A DNA stretch of 64,000 nucleotides from Candidatus Latescibacterota bacterium (GTDB lineage Bacteria > Latescibacterota > UBA2968): NCBI GenBank assembly GCA_965205975.1, contig OZ242195.1:1776643-1840642 (forward strand), in the 5' to 3' direction. The position numbers and the translations under genes are program-made. The notes below the pieces were generated by a model. It ran no database searches and was not told the DNA's origin. It saw only the letters and a list, made by a program, of their open reading frames with translations. Positions 36,287 through 44,246 of the stretch are shown in pieces; position 1 is the stretch's first letter, and the number at the start of each line of letters is the position of its first letter.

Positions 36287-36338
36287 CATCTGCCATTCAT
36301 CTGCGTACATCTGCGTACATCTGCGTATATCTGCGGAT
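36287..36338. repeat. decamer tandem array, about 5 units (CATCTGCGTA type)
   Basis: ATCTGC recurs at 36288, 36299, 36309, 36319 and 36329. The array fills most of the 66-nt spacer between the stop at 36343 and the oppA-like start at 36276. Confidence 0.85.
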
Positions 36339-36342
36339 ACCC

Positions 36343-37080
36343 TCATCTACTATATGCCCCACTGACAAACTTCTCAATCTCATCTCGCCCTCGCGCAATA
36401 GCTTCATCGACAAAACGCGCTTTTATATTCTCATCAAAAAACGCATCTGCCCGTCTTCTGTTCTCAGCAAGATGCTTTTCCATATCATCAGACAGAGGGC
36501 GACCTATCATCTTGAGAAATATCTGCTCGAGAACAACGGGGTCTGCATTCTCTGCCCATCCCCGCGCGCGCCTCACAAATCGAGATACTGTTTTGCGATC
36601 AATAAATCCCACCTCTCCACGTCCATCAAACTGATCCAGCACTCCCGCGACACCTGGATAATTGATCGGCAATTCATCTACATAAGACCACAACCCATAA
36701 ATAATGGGCCGCCAGTCCTCAACGCCGTGGACGTGAATCGTCACCTCATCGCGAAACGCTTCATCCGTCGTCAAATGCGCGATATACCCCATCAACAAAA
36801 CGCGATCTCGCGGGTCCATATTCTGATAATCTGCCAGATTGGGATGCGCCTCAAACATACCCGAAACGGATTTGCCCCACGTCTCGCGCTGCTCCTCTGT
36901 ATAAAAATGCGACCCGTACTTGCCCATCTTTCCGAGCAAACGCATCGCATCCGGCGCCATAGAACCCGCCACAAGATCCGGCAAATACCGCCGATTTAGA
37001 GCACCGACCTCAGGCAAATCGCGCTCGAGCTGTACCTGCAACCCGAGCACCAATGCAAAATGACATCGCCCACGAGGCAT
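36343..37080 (-). CDS. zinc-dependent phospholipase C-like family protein (tentative)
   Basis: N-terminal CHFAL, GSMAPD, SHFY and GYIAHLTTDEAF resemble the His/Asp metal ligand pattern of the PLC/P1-nuclease-like superfamily. ATG 37080 with AGGA upstream. Confidence 0.45.
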   Translation of the reverse strand: MPRGRCHFALVLGLQVQLERDLPEVGALNRRYLPDLVAGSMAPDAMRLLGKMGKYGSHFYTEEQRETWGKSVSGMFEAHPNLADYQNMDPRDRVLLMGYIAHLTTDEAFRDEVTIHVHGVEDWRPIIYGLWSYVDELPINYPGVAGVLDQFDGRGEVGFIDRKTVSRFVRRARGWAENADPVVLEQIFLKMIGRPLSDDMEKHLAENRRRADAFFDENIKARFVDEAIARGRDEIEKFVSGAYSR

Positions 37081-37104
37081 CCATTTTCCTTTCTCAAGCA
37101 GAAT

Positions 37105-37242
37105 TCATCTGTAATTCTGATCGTATTTCAGAATATGCTCGAAAAGCCGTTGCATCAATGCGCGAAAATCTTTGATTGACAGCACGACTGCGGTCTTCCG
37201 CCCTTTTGCATCCACGACATATTTGGGTTTGATATTGAGCAT
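37105..37242 (-). CDS. 45-aa antitoxin-like ORF (not in the supplied track)
   Basis: Hand translation: MLNIKPKYVVDAKGRKTAVVLSIKDFRALMQRLFEHILKYDQNYR*. The GRKTAVVLSIKDFRALM segment resembles Phd/YefM-type antitoxin N-domains. Its ATG shares one base with the PIN gene's TGA (TGATG). Confidence 0.5.
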   Translation of the reverse strand: MLNIKPKYVVDAKGRKTAVVLSIKDFRALMQRLFEHILKYDQNYR

Positions 37243-37664
37243 CATTGTTCAACCGTTTTGAGCACAGTTATTCCCATCATCGCAAAATGATCGTCAAATG
37301 CATACGTCTCAGAAATGTTATGCTTCTGACAAACCGCGAAGCTGGTGCAATCTGTAAATGATAATTGTACGGAATCATATTGCCGAAAGAGTTTCTTTGC
37401 TTCTTGAAACAGGATCTTATCAATTTCCGCGACAGTTAAAACACCAGTTTTTTCAACGCTTTCAACCAAGTCAAGAAACTGCACTGCTACCTGATGGCTC
37501 GATCTATATTTAAGCCATGTCACAGTCTCATCAATCACATAATCTGTCGTTAAAAGTCTCGCTTTCTGCTGTTTTAAGCCGTTGTAAATTACAACAGCAT
37601 CGTCATGATATTGATCCCTCTGATTTAAAAGAGCAATCCAGGCACCGCTATCGACAAAAATCAT
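37242..37664 (-). CDS. PIN domain ribonuclease (VapC-like toxin)
   Basis: Four acidic PIN residues in canonical context: IFVDSGAW, IDETV, FTDCTS, FDDHF. 140 aa. Confidence 0.8.
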   Translation of the reverse strand: MIFVDSGAWIALLNQRDQYHDDAVVIYNGLKQQKARLLTTDYVIDETVTWLKYRSSHQVAVQFLDLVESVEKTGVLTVAEIDKILFQEAKKLFRQYDSVQLSFTDCTSFAVCQKHNISETYAFDDHFAMMGITVLKTVEQ

Positions 37665-37696
37665 TATTTTGAACGCTCTCCATAGATAACTTCATC

Positions 37697-38744
37697 ACGC
37701 GATGTGTGACTTCAAAATGTTACGAGGCCGTCAAAATCCAGCGGGTCTCTGTAATTGATGATATTTAGAAAGACACACATGGTATGGGTTAAGATTTTGG
37801 TATGCCACAAGTTTAATAGATGCCAAGCATCTCGCACTTTCATGCGCGCAATATGCAAACGTTCAGTCAATTGTGCGTAAACGGTTTCGACTAATCGCCT
37901 TGTGGTTCTCTTGGCTTTGGGCAAAATGAAAGGGGTGCGTTGTGGATTGTCTTTCATATTGGACTTTAAGGGTGTCTTTATGCGTATGCGGTAGGTATCA
38001 AAGCACCTTTTTTGCCAGTCCAAATCCATAAATGCTGAATCGGCTAAGACGGTTGTATCTCCCATTGTGCCTTCTATGAGTGCGTCTCGGCACTGCTTGT
38101 CGTGTCCATAGGCTTGCAGGATGGGTGCGTGGAGGATAAGGCCATAATCCGTGATCCTCAGACCGCCCTTAAAACCAAAATAGGCTTCGTTTTTAGCAGC
38201 ACAGAAGCCTTTTGAAGGGGTAGGGAACTCAAAGACAGGCTCTGTTTTAAAAATCTTGCGCGTGTGTCGCCTTGCCAGTTTACAGATGGGTAAGGGCAAG
38301 GTGTCTATGATCTGACAGGACGCCTGATGCCCTTCGAGGCAGGCCACAATCCGCTGTTGCATCCACATCTTGACAACCCACAAATTGGCACATTGACGCA
38401 CAAAGGCCGGACGATCTTTCAAAGTGGGAAACCAGCAAGAAAAATGTTCTTTCATCTGCTCATAAAGTTTCTTCTGGCTTGAATACCCCAAAAAGTGACC
38501 CACAATTTCTATGGTGAGGCATTCCACATCACTTAAACCGGGGTCAAAGCCTGCCCGACGCGGCTTGCCATGCACCTCACAATACGCTGGATAGAGGTCG
38601 TCTTCAATAAAACAGTAGATTGCAATGACAAAAAGGGCTAAATTATACATCGGAGGTTCCTTTCGTTGTATGGCTTCTTGTTTTATGGACAATCCAAGAT
38701 AGCCGAGGAACCTCTTTTTGTCTATTTAAAGTCACACATCACGT
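37697..38744 (-). mobile_element. IS982-family-like insertion sequence (1048 bp) with 20-bp imperfect IRs and 9-bp target-site duplication
   Basis: IRs are ACGCGATGTGTGACTTCAAA (37697-37716) and the reverse complement of 38725-38744, ACGTGATGTGTGACTTTAAA (18/20 match). Direct repeat AACTTCATC occurs at 37688-37696 and 38745-38753. Single DDE ORF inside. Confidence 0.85.
37712..38650 (-). CDS. IS982 family DDE transposase
   Basis: N-terminal LFVIAIYCFIEDDL, IIDTLPLPICK (first Asp), VLADSAF (second Asp), VETVYAQL (Glu). ATG 38650 preferred over the track's TTG 38692. The stop codon lies in the left IR. Confidence 0.8.
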   Translation of the reverse strand: MYNLALFVIAIYCFIEDDLYPAYCEVHGKPRRAGFDPGLSDVECLTIEIVGHFLGYSSQKKLYEQMKEHFSCWFPTLKDRPAFVRQCANLWVVKMWMQQRIVACLEGHQASCQIIDTLPLPICKLARRHTRKIFKTEPVFEFPTPSKGFCAAKNEAYFGFKGGLRITDYGLILHAPILQAYGHDKQCRDALIEGTMGDTTVLADSAFMDLDWQKRCFDTYRIRIKTPLKSNMKDNPQRTPFILPKAKRTTRRLVETVYAQLTERLHIARMKVRDAWHLLNLWHTKILTHTMCVFLNIINYRDPLDFDGLVTF

Positions 38745-40409
38745 AACTTCATCATGATTGACAGACCCATCAGTTCGGTCAGATTTTGCAAATCCAACCA
38801 TCTCATCGAGAATCGCGTATCCTTCTTCTATTTTATTTTTTTCTACGATTTCGGGGTTGATTGGACCGCTCCGCACAAGAAAGATAAAGTAATCGAGAAC
38901 GTCTAATGCCTGCCAGATAATTCCTGTGAACACATCTCGTAAATGCTGACTCTCAATGCCAAAGTCCTTAGCAATTTTTCGATAGTTGCGACCTTTGCGA
39001 TGCGCGGCACTGCTGGAACGCAGACTCTGAAGCTTTCGCAGAAAGGCGATGCGCTCGGCAACACCTTCAACATCATGGGCACTAAGCACAGCTTCCAGGC
39101 GTGCAATGCTACCTTTAAGTCTCGCTTTCTGATCCTCAGGAATAAGCGTGTTTAGACGTCTTTCGTTTAGGGAATCAATGAGTATCTTTGTGAGACTCAA
39201 AATCAACGCATCAAAATCGCGTTGCTCGTCAGTAGATGGAATTCTCAAGCCTTGGAAATGATAATCATCATCTGTGTCCAGTGGCAGCAACAACTGCCAC
39301 CCCAGATATTCTTTACAGGTATCTTGCAACTTCTGATAACGTGCCCTAAACAAGTGTTCTGGCTGGTCTGATTCCGTAGCTTCTCCCATGAATTGACGAC
39401 TAAAATAAGTCCTACTCACACCGCCTTCGGGTGGGATATTGTGTGATCGCCAGTGTAGCTGTTCTGTATAGGGAAGGGCTTGCCCAAGATCGCCCAACCA
39501 CGCACAGACTTTGTCGTCGTGATGGTTGTCAATAGTCACTATCCACAAAGAGCCACAGTGCAGCGTCGAATCCTCTACGGTGTATTTACTGGGCTCTTGG
39601 TAGTATTTGTCTAAAACCTGTTTGCGAAAATGCACAGGGGTCAGATAATGGGGAGCATCGGGGTTTGCGCCAGAATAATTTGCCAGAGTACTCGGGTCAG
39701 ATGTATGGGTAATTTCATCTCCGTTCTCATCAACATCAATGATAAATTCCACATGCTTTTTGTTTCGTTTTTTAGATTTCGGTAGGGGTTCAATAAGTCT
39801 CTTTCCTTGTACCAGACTAACCGCTGAAGAGTTACTCTGATCGAAAAAATCATACTTCCAACACATAAGTCCATCCCTCTGCTCACTATCGCCTTTCTTA
39901 AATCCAAGTTCTCGCAACGAATACTTCGAGTGCTCTGGAAAAAAGAATTGGACTGATAGGTACATATCTTTGGCCGCTAAAAACTGACGAATTTCCTTAA
40001 GCCTTATCTTGATGCAGTCTGGCTTCACAATAGCTACTATTTCTTCATTACCTGCATCATCAATCTTAATGTATTCATCCGCCTCTCTATCGTGATATAG
40101 ATTGTGAAAAAGGCGAAACTCCTCGGATATTTCCCTGTAGCCCTCCCGCATTTCATCAAAGTTACGATCAATGATCAAAGGTTTAATTTTGTCGGTGGCT
40201 CCATTATCGGGTGAAAAGTCCCAATATGGGATAGAAAGTGTTTGCTCAATCTGAGCAGGGGGAATTAAAGCACAAGAGATATCGTAATCGTGGGACTCTT
40301 GGCGGTCCAGTAGATACACAGTGATCATCTCGGTCATTTTTAGATCGCGTTGCAACCACTCCAGCCTCTCAGCTTGCGATAGCCGTTTTCGATCTAAATC
40401 AATGCTCAT
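38739..40409 (-). CDS. 556-aa protein of unknown function, 3' end altered by the IS insertion
   Basis: ATG 40409 with AGGAGG 6-7 nt upstream. No motif I can recognise. The present stop (TGA 38741-38739) is inside the IS right IR. AT-rich relative to flanking genes (by eye). Confidence 0.7.
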   Translation of the reverse strand: MSIDLDRKRLSQAERLEWLQRDLKMTEMITVYLLDRQESHDYDISCALIPPAQIEQTLSIPYWDFSPDNGATDKIKPLIIDRNFDEMREGYREISEEFRLFHNLYHDREADEYIKIDDAGNEEIVAIVKPDCIKIRLKEIRQFLAAKDMYLSVQFFFPEHSKYSLRELGFKKGDSEQRDGLMCWKYDFFDQSNSSAVSLVQGKRLIEPLPKSKKRNKKHVEFIIDVDENGDEITHTSDPSTLANYSGANPDAPHYLTPVHFRKQVLDKYYQEPSKYTVEDSTLHCGSLWIVTIDNHHDDKVCAWLGDLGQALPYTEQLHWRSHNIPPEGGVSRTYFSRQFMGEATESDQPEHLFRARYQKLQDTCKEYLGWQLLLPLDTDDDYHFQGLRIPSTDEQRDFDALILSLTKILIDSLNERRLNTLIPEDQKARLKGSIARLEAVLSAHDVEGVAERIAFLRKLQSLRSSSAAHRKGRNYRKIAKDFGIESQHLRDVFTGIIWQALDVLDYFIFLVRSGPINPEIVEKNKIEEGYAILDEMVGFAKSDRTDGSVNHDEVT

Positions 40410-40450
40410 CACTATCCTCCTTCCGCTATTTTGAATCCTGATCAAACAAA

Positions 40451-40478
40451 TGTATAGCACAAAAACCACGTTTGTCAA
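40451..40478 (-). promoter_or_regulatory. candidate sigma70-type promoter for the 556-aa gene cassette
   Basis: Minus strand TTGACA (40478-40473), 16-nt spacer, TATACA (40456-40451), about 40 nt upstream of the ATG. Confidence 0.4.
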
Positions 40479-40500
40479 CTTAATCCCCTCATCTGACTCT

Positions 40501-41343
40501 CTATCTCACCTCATAACTACCCGTATCATCCCGCCGCAGTCTTCCCCATGCAATATCCGGATCGTGCGGCCACACCATAATCCAGTCCTCGGAAACAGCC
40601 CTCTCCATAACCTCTTGCTTAACCAGATAGGTCTGCCGGGGATACAGATCGTAAGCCATCACATAAATCGGCTTTAAGTGATGCGTCGTAGGAATCAAAT
40701 CCCCCACAAAACAGAACGTATCCTTCCCTGTATGCACCAGCACAGATTGATGCCTGCGGGTATGCCCTGGCGTAACTATGACCTCGATAAGAGGACAAAT
40801 ACGCTCATCCCCCTCCAACAGCGCGAGCACAGGTGACAACGGCCTCATCACCTCATCGTATCGATACCCATTCACCGTCTGCCCATCGGCATTCTCCGCA
40901 TCCTCCCATTCCCCCTTTTGCACATAATAAGTCGCATTTGGAAAAGCGGGCACATATTCACCACCCTCTTGCACCGTACACCCGCCAGCATGATCCTGGT
41001 GCAAATGCGTCAGCACAACCCGTGTAATCTCCTCGGGCGCAATCCGCAACGTCTCCAGAGACGATAGGAGACCATCCGACTCATCAAGCGCGTAAATCTC
41101 CCGCAGCTTTTCCGTCACTTTGCCCCCAAACCCGGTCTCAATCAGCACGGTCTCCCCTTTCCCTCTCACAAGCAAACAATTCATCGTCAACCCAATGCGG
41201 TTGCGCTCATCGGGCGGGTAACACCTCTCCCACAGCGGACGGGGCACAACCCCAAACATCGCGCCGCCATCCATCCTCACCTGCCCAGCAGATAAAACCC
41301 ACACATCGCAACCACCACTTTGCTTATAATCTACAATCGCCAT
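40501..41343 (-). CDS. MBL-fold metallo-hydrolase
   Basis: HLHQDHAGG metal motif. ATG 41343 with GGAGG upstream. The track N-terminal extension lacks support. Confidence 0.8.
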   Translation of the reverse strand: MAIVDYKQSGGCDVWVLSAGQVRMDGGAMFGVVPRPLWERCYPPDERNRIGLTMNCLLVRGKGETVLIETGFGGKVTEKLREIYALDESDGLLSSLETLRIAPEEITRVVLTHLHQDHAGGCTVQEGGEYVPAFPNATYYVQKGEWEDAENADGQTVNGYRYDEVMRPLSPVLALLEGDERICPLIEVIVTPGHTRRHQSVLVHTGKDTFCFVGDLIPTTHHLKPIYVMAYDLYPRQTYLVKQEVMERAVSEDWIMVWPHDPDIAWGRLRRDDTGSYEVR

Positions 41344-41435
41344 ACTTTTACCTCCAACTTTGCACTTCGCACTTAACCCTATATATCTTATCTTATCCCC
41401 ATAAAAAATATTCGCAACCAAAAACAGGAGGAACC

Positions 41436-42203
41436 ATGCCAGCAGCACTCGTCACCGGATCCAGCAGAGGCATAGGCAGAGGCATAGCTTTCTGCCTTGC
41501 CGACGCGGGCTACGACATCCTCGTCAACTACGCGGGCAATCTAACCGCAGCAGAAGAAACCGCAACAGGTATTCGAGAACGCGGACAAAACGTCCACATT
41601 TGTCAGGGCGACGTAACCCGCATAGAAGACAGCAAACGCCTCGTAGATACCACACTCGACGCCTTTGGTCGCCTCGACATGCTCGTCAACAACGCCGGCA
41701 TTGCCCCTCGCGTACGCGCCGACATCCTCGAAGCCACCCCAGAAAGCTACGAAGACGTCATGAACACCAACCTCAAAGGACCCTACTTCTTAACCCAATA
41801 CGCGGCAAACCACATGATCGCACTCAAAAAACAGGAAAAAATACAAACACCGCGCATCGTCGTCATCACCTCCATATCGGCCTACACCTCTTCAACGGCA
41901 CGCGGCGAATACTGCGTCTCAAAAGCTGGCCTGAGCATGATGACGCGCCTATTTGCCGACCGGCTCGCAGAACACGGCATCCCCGTCAATGAAATCCAGC
42001 CAGGCATCATCCAGACCGACATGACAGGACCCGTCAAAGAAAAATACGACCACCTGATAGCCGATGGTCTGACCCCCATCCGCAGGTGGGGACAACCCGA
42101 AGACATCGGCAAAGCCGTAGCGGCCATTGGACTCGGCTATTTCGACTTCACAACCGGCGCGGCAATCCCGGTTGACGGCGGATTCCACATGCACCGGCTC
42201 TGA
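41436..42203 (+). CDS. SDR family oxidoreductase (3-oxoacyl-ACP reductase-like)
   Basis: TGSSRGIGRGIA cofactor motif, NNAG, and the catalytic YCVSK. Confidence 0.85.
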   Translation: MPAALVTGSSRGIGRGIAFCLADAGYDILVNYAGNLTAAEETATGIRERGQNVHICQGDVTRIEDSKRLVDTTLDAFGRLDMLVNNAGIAPRVRADILEATPESYEDVMNTNLKGPYFLTQYAANHMIALKKQEKIQTPRIVVITSISAYTSSTARGEYCVSKAGLSMMTRLFADRLAEHGIPVNEIQPGIIQTDMTGPVKEKYDHLIADGLTPIRRWGQPEDIGKAVAAIGLGYFDFTTGAAIPVDGGFHMHRL

Positions 42204-42220
42204 TTTAGCAGCCAGTCTAT

Positions 42221-42253
42221 ATACCCCAAATGGCCTTTGATTTTTTGGGGTAT
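42221..42253 (+). terminator. hairpin after the SDR gene (weak terminator candidate)
   Basis: ATACCCCAAA (42221-30) pairs with TTTGGGGTAT (42244-53). The T-run is part of the stem rather than trailing it. Confidence 0.3.
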
Positions 42254-42348
42254 GTAGTTGACATATTTTCTCTTATATCGTACCTTATAAGTAAGCATAA
42301 TAAGTAATCATAAACATCGCAATTCTACGCTTTCAAGTGAGGACGCAA

Positions 42349-43125
42349 ATGCTGAAGCGCTTTTTTAGTAAAAATGCTGAACCAGAGAATGGTACAACCA
42401 AAGAAAGACAAATCCACATCGAAGGGCAAGACGAGCACGTTCAGGAAGCCATGGACCTCCTCGCACAAGAGGATCAAGATGATCTCGACGAAGCTCTTGA
42501 CGAAGTTAATGAAACCGTGCGAGAAGCCGCCAGAGCCTCACTGCGCGACCTGAGACTCATGCAAGAAGGCCACTGTCCATCCTGTGGTCACAAAACACTG
42601 CGTCAATTTCTCTTTACCACTGTGTGTTCCAGTTGCGGTTGGTTTTCATTTATCTCGCCCGAAGAAGGCAAATCTCACATCCACCTGCAAAGTGGACGCA
42701 CCATCGAATGCGGCACCACATTTGACACCAAAGGAGACTTTGTACTCGGCATCACAAATGGCGTTGTTCGCGCCAAGGTACCCAAAGAAAATGTCGAATA
42801 CATCGAATTTGCATGGACTGCTGAAGAAATCCAGCGCAAACGCGAATCCCGCGCAAAAGAGGAAACGGGAATATGTAGCTGGTGCGAAAAAGCGCTCGCA
42901 GATGATGGTGATGAAAATATCATTGTCTATGCGGCCTTCGGCACCACCCAGATGCGCTATGTCTTCTGTTCAAACAAATGCAACGAAGCCTTCCAAAAAC
43001 AATACCCCATTCGCATTCACAAAAATTGCTACGAACGCTCCTGCCTCGATTGCGACCTGTGCGACAAACGCTACCTGGGCGAAGACGAGACCTTTCTCAA
43101 ATTGCTCGAGCAAGGGAAAGTCTGA
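42349..43125 (+). CDS. Cys-rich protein with acidic N-terminus, a zinc ribbon and a TRASH/MYM-like C-X2-C...C-X3-C motif
   Basis: CPSCGHK...CSSCG ribbon. CSWCEKAL-(21 aa)-FCSNKCNEAF. Further CYERSCLDCDLCDK. ATG 42349 with GAGGA 5 nt upstream (the track start is GTG 42337). Confidence 0.55.
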   Translation: MLKRFFSKNAEPENGTTKERQIHIEGQDEHVQEAMDLLAQEDQDDLDEALDEVNETVREAARASLRDLRLMQEGHCPSCGHKTLRQFLFTTVCSSCGWFSFISPEEGKSHIHLQSGRTIECGTTFDTKGDFVLGITNGVVRAKVPKENVEYIEFAWTAEEIQRKRESRAKEETGICSWCEKALADDGDENIIVYAAFGTTQMRYVFCSNKCNEAFQKQYPIRIHKNCYERSCLDCDLCDKRYLGEDETFLKLLEQGKV

Positions 43126-43155
43126 TAAGGCGGTCACTCATCAACCTAAAAAATC

Positions 43156-43195
43156 AGTCCCCCATCGCAATAATACGCGATGGGGGACTTTTATT
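43156..43195. terminator. bidirectional rho-independent terminator between convergent genes
   Basis: 13-bp perfect stem AGTCCCCCATCGC / GCGATGGGGGACT. TTTATT follows on the plus strand and TTTTTT follows on the minus strand. Confidence 0.7.
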
Positions 43196-43226
43196 ATGTC
43201 CTCAAAACCGCTTTGCATAAAGTCTT

Positions 43227-43829
43227 TTACTCGAGTTCAAATACACCCCACTTTGAGTCGGCTGAGTCCTTGAGGATTTCCCTGTCCGAAAGCAGGACAT
43301 GAAATCTGTATCGACTGCCATTAACAGGCATCTGAGCATAGATCGAATAGCAACGCCTACAAGCCGTTATCTTGATCTCTGTGTCGCAGGGGATACAGTC
43401 CCAAACCCCCAAAGGTTTTCTTTGACATCGCAGGCACTCGATTTGTTCGATCAGATTTTTGTTGCGTTCCCGAAATTTTTCCAACTCGCCAGAAACCACC
43501 ATGGGACCTATATACGATACACCTGCAGAGTTGCACACCTTGCAGAATGACCTTTCGTCACCATCCATCGTTCGCCTTTCGCCCGAAAAGTCGTCGTACA
43601 CCAGCAGGCAATGCCCACACGCGAAAATGCCCTCTTCGTCTGGCTCGCGGTCCTCAAAACGCCTGAAATACGCCAGAATATCGGACTTATCACTATCGGG
43701 CAATTTCTCGAATGGCTGCATTTTGGTTCCACATTCATGGCAGCAACAGCCAAAGAAACCCTTTGCCCATCGGCCAAAAGTTCCAAGGATTACGATAATG
43801 AGAATGGCTAAAATGATAAACGCTTCCAC
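43227..43829 (-). CDS. membrane-anchored multi-CxxC (zinc-ribbon-rich) protein
   Basis: N-terminal TM (EAFIILAILIIVILGTF) then six CxxC pairs (CHEC, CGHC, CKVC, CLRC, CIPC, CRRC). GTG start with GAGGAA upstream. Confidence 0.55.
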   Translation of the reverse strand: MEAFIILAILIIVILGTFGRWAKGFFGCCCHECGTKMQPFEKLPDSDKSDILAYFRRFEDREPDEEGIFACGHCLLVYDDFSGERRTMDGDERSFCKVCNSAGVSYIGPMVVSGELEKFRERNKNLIEQIECLRCQRKPLGVWDCIPCDTEIKITACRRCYSIYAQMPVNGSRYRFHVLLSDREILKDSADSKWGVFELE

Positions 43830-44024
43830 AGTCGGTTCCTCATGTTAGTAGTTATCACACTTGCAACCACACCTGCTTACCTGTAGCTATGAGCTTTGCG
43901 ATGGCGCACTGATTTTTCCAGAATTGGTAAATTGCATTAGAAAATTGAACATCTATCTCTTTCCTCTGATCTACGGGTTTTTAGCTCTATCCATCCCCGT
44001 TTTCACAGGGACATGCCTGCGGCT

Positions 44025-44246
44025 CTATTCAATCAATTCTTTACCACCGTGAACGCGAATATCAACTTCAGGCAAGTGTTTATTCAGAATGTCTATGATG
44101 TGATCCTTCGGTCCGACAAAGATCATGATCATATTTTCTGGCACAAAAAACTTCTCGAGATAGTCACGTACCTCATCATCGGTAACCGACGTAGAACCGC
44201 CTTTGTGAGTTGGCGGATTATAGATGGATAAACCGTTGCACGTCAT
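44025..44246 (-). CDS. 73-aa hypothetical protein translationally coupled to the ABC exporter
   Basis: The ATG overlaps the ABC gene stop (ATGA at 44243-44246). No recognisable motif. Confidence 0.45.
   Translation of the reverse strand: MTCNGLSIYNPPTHKGGSTSVTDDEVRDYLEKFFVPENMIMIFVGPKDHIIDILNKHLPEVDIRVHGGKELIE

Noticed and set aside
40410-40478. TTG 40478 as the start of the 556-aa gene
   Set aside because: The extra 23 codons (MTNVVFVLYICLIRIQNSGRRIV) coincide with the putative -35/-10 promoter elements, and ATG 40409 has a strong AGGAGG RBS.
42256-42291. TTGACA at 42258-63 as a promoter for the Cys-rich gene
   Set aside because: No acceptable -10 hexamer lies at a 16-18 nt spacing (TATATC at 10 nt, TACCTT at 17 nt), so it is not reported as a feature.
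44025-44246. Calling the 73-aa ORF a fragment of an M16 (pitrilysin) peptidase
   Set aside because: The only resemblance is a vague FVPENMIMIFVGPKD stretch. No zinc motif is present, so the call would be over-interpretation.
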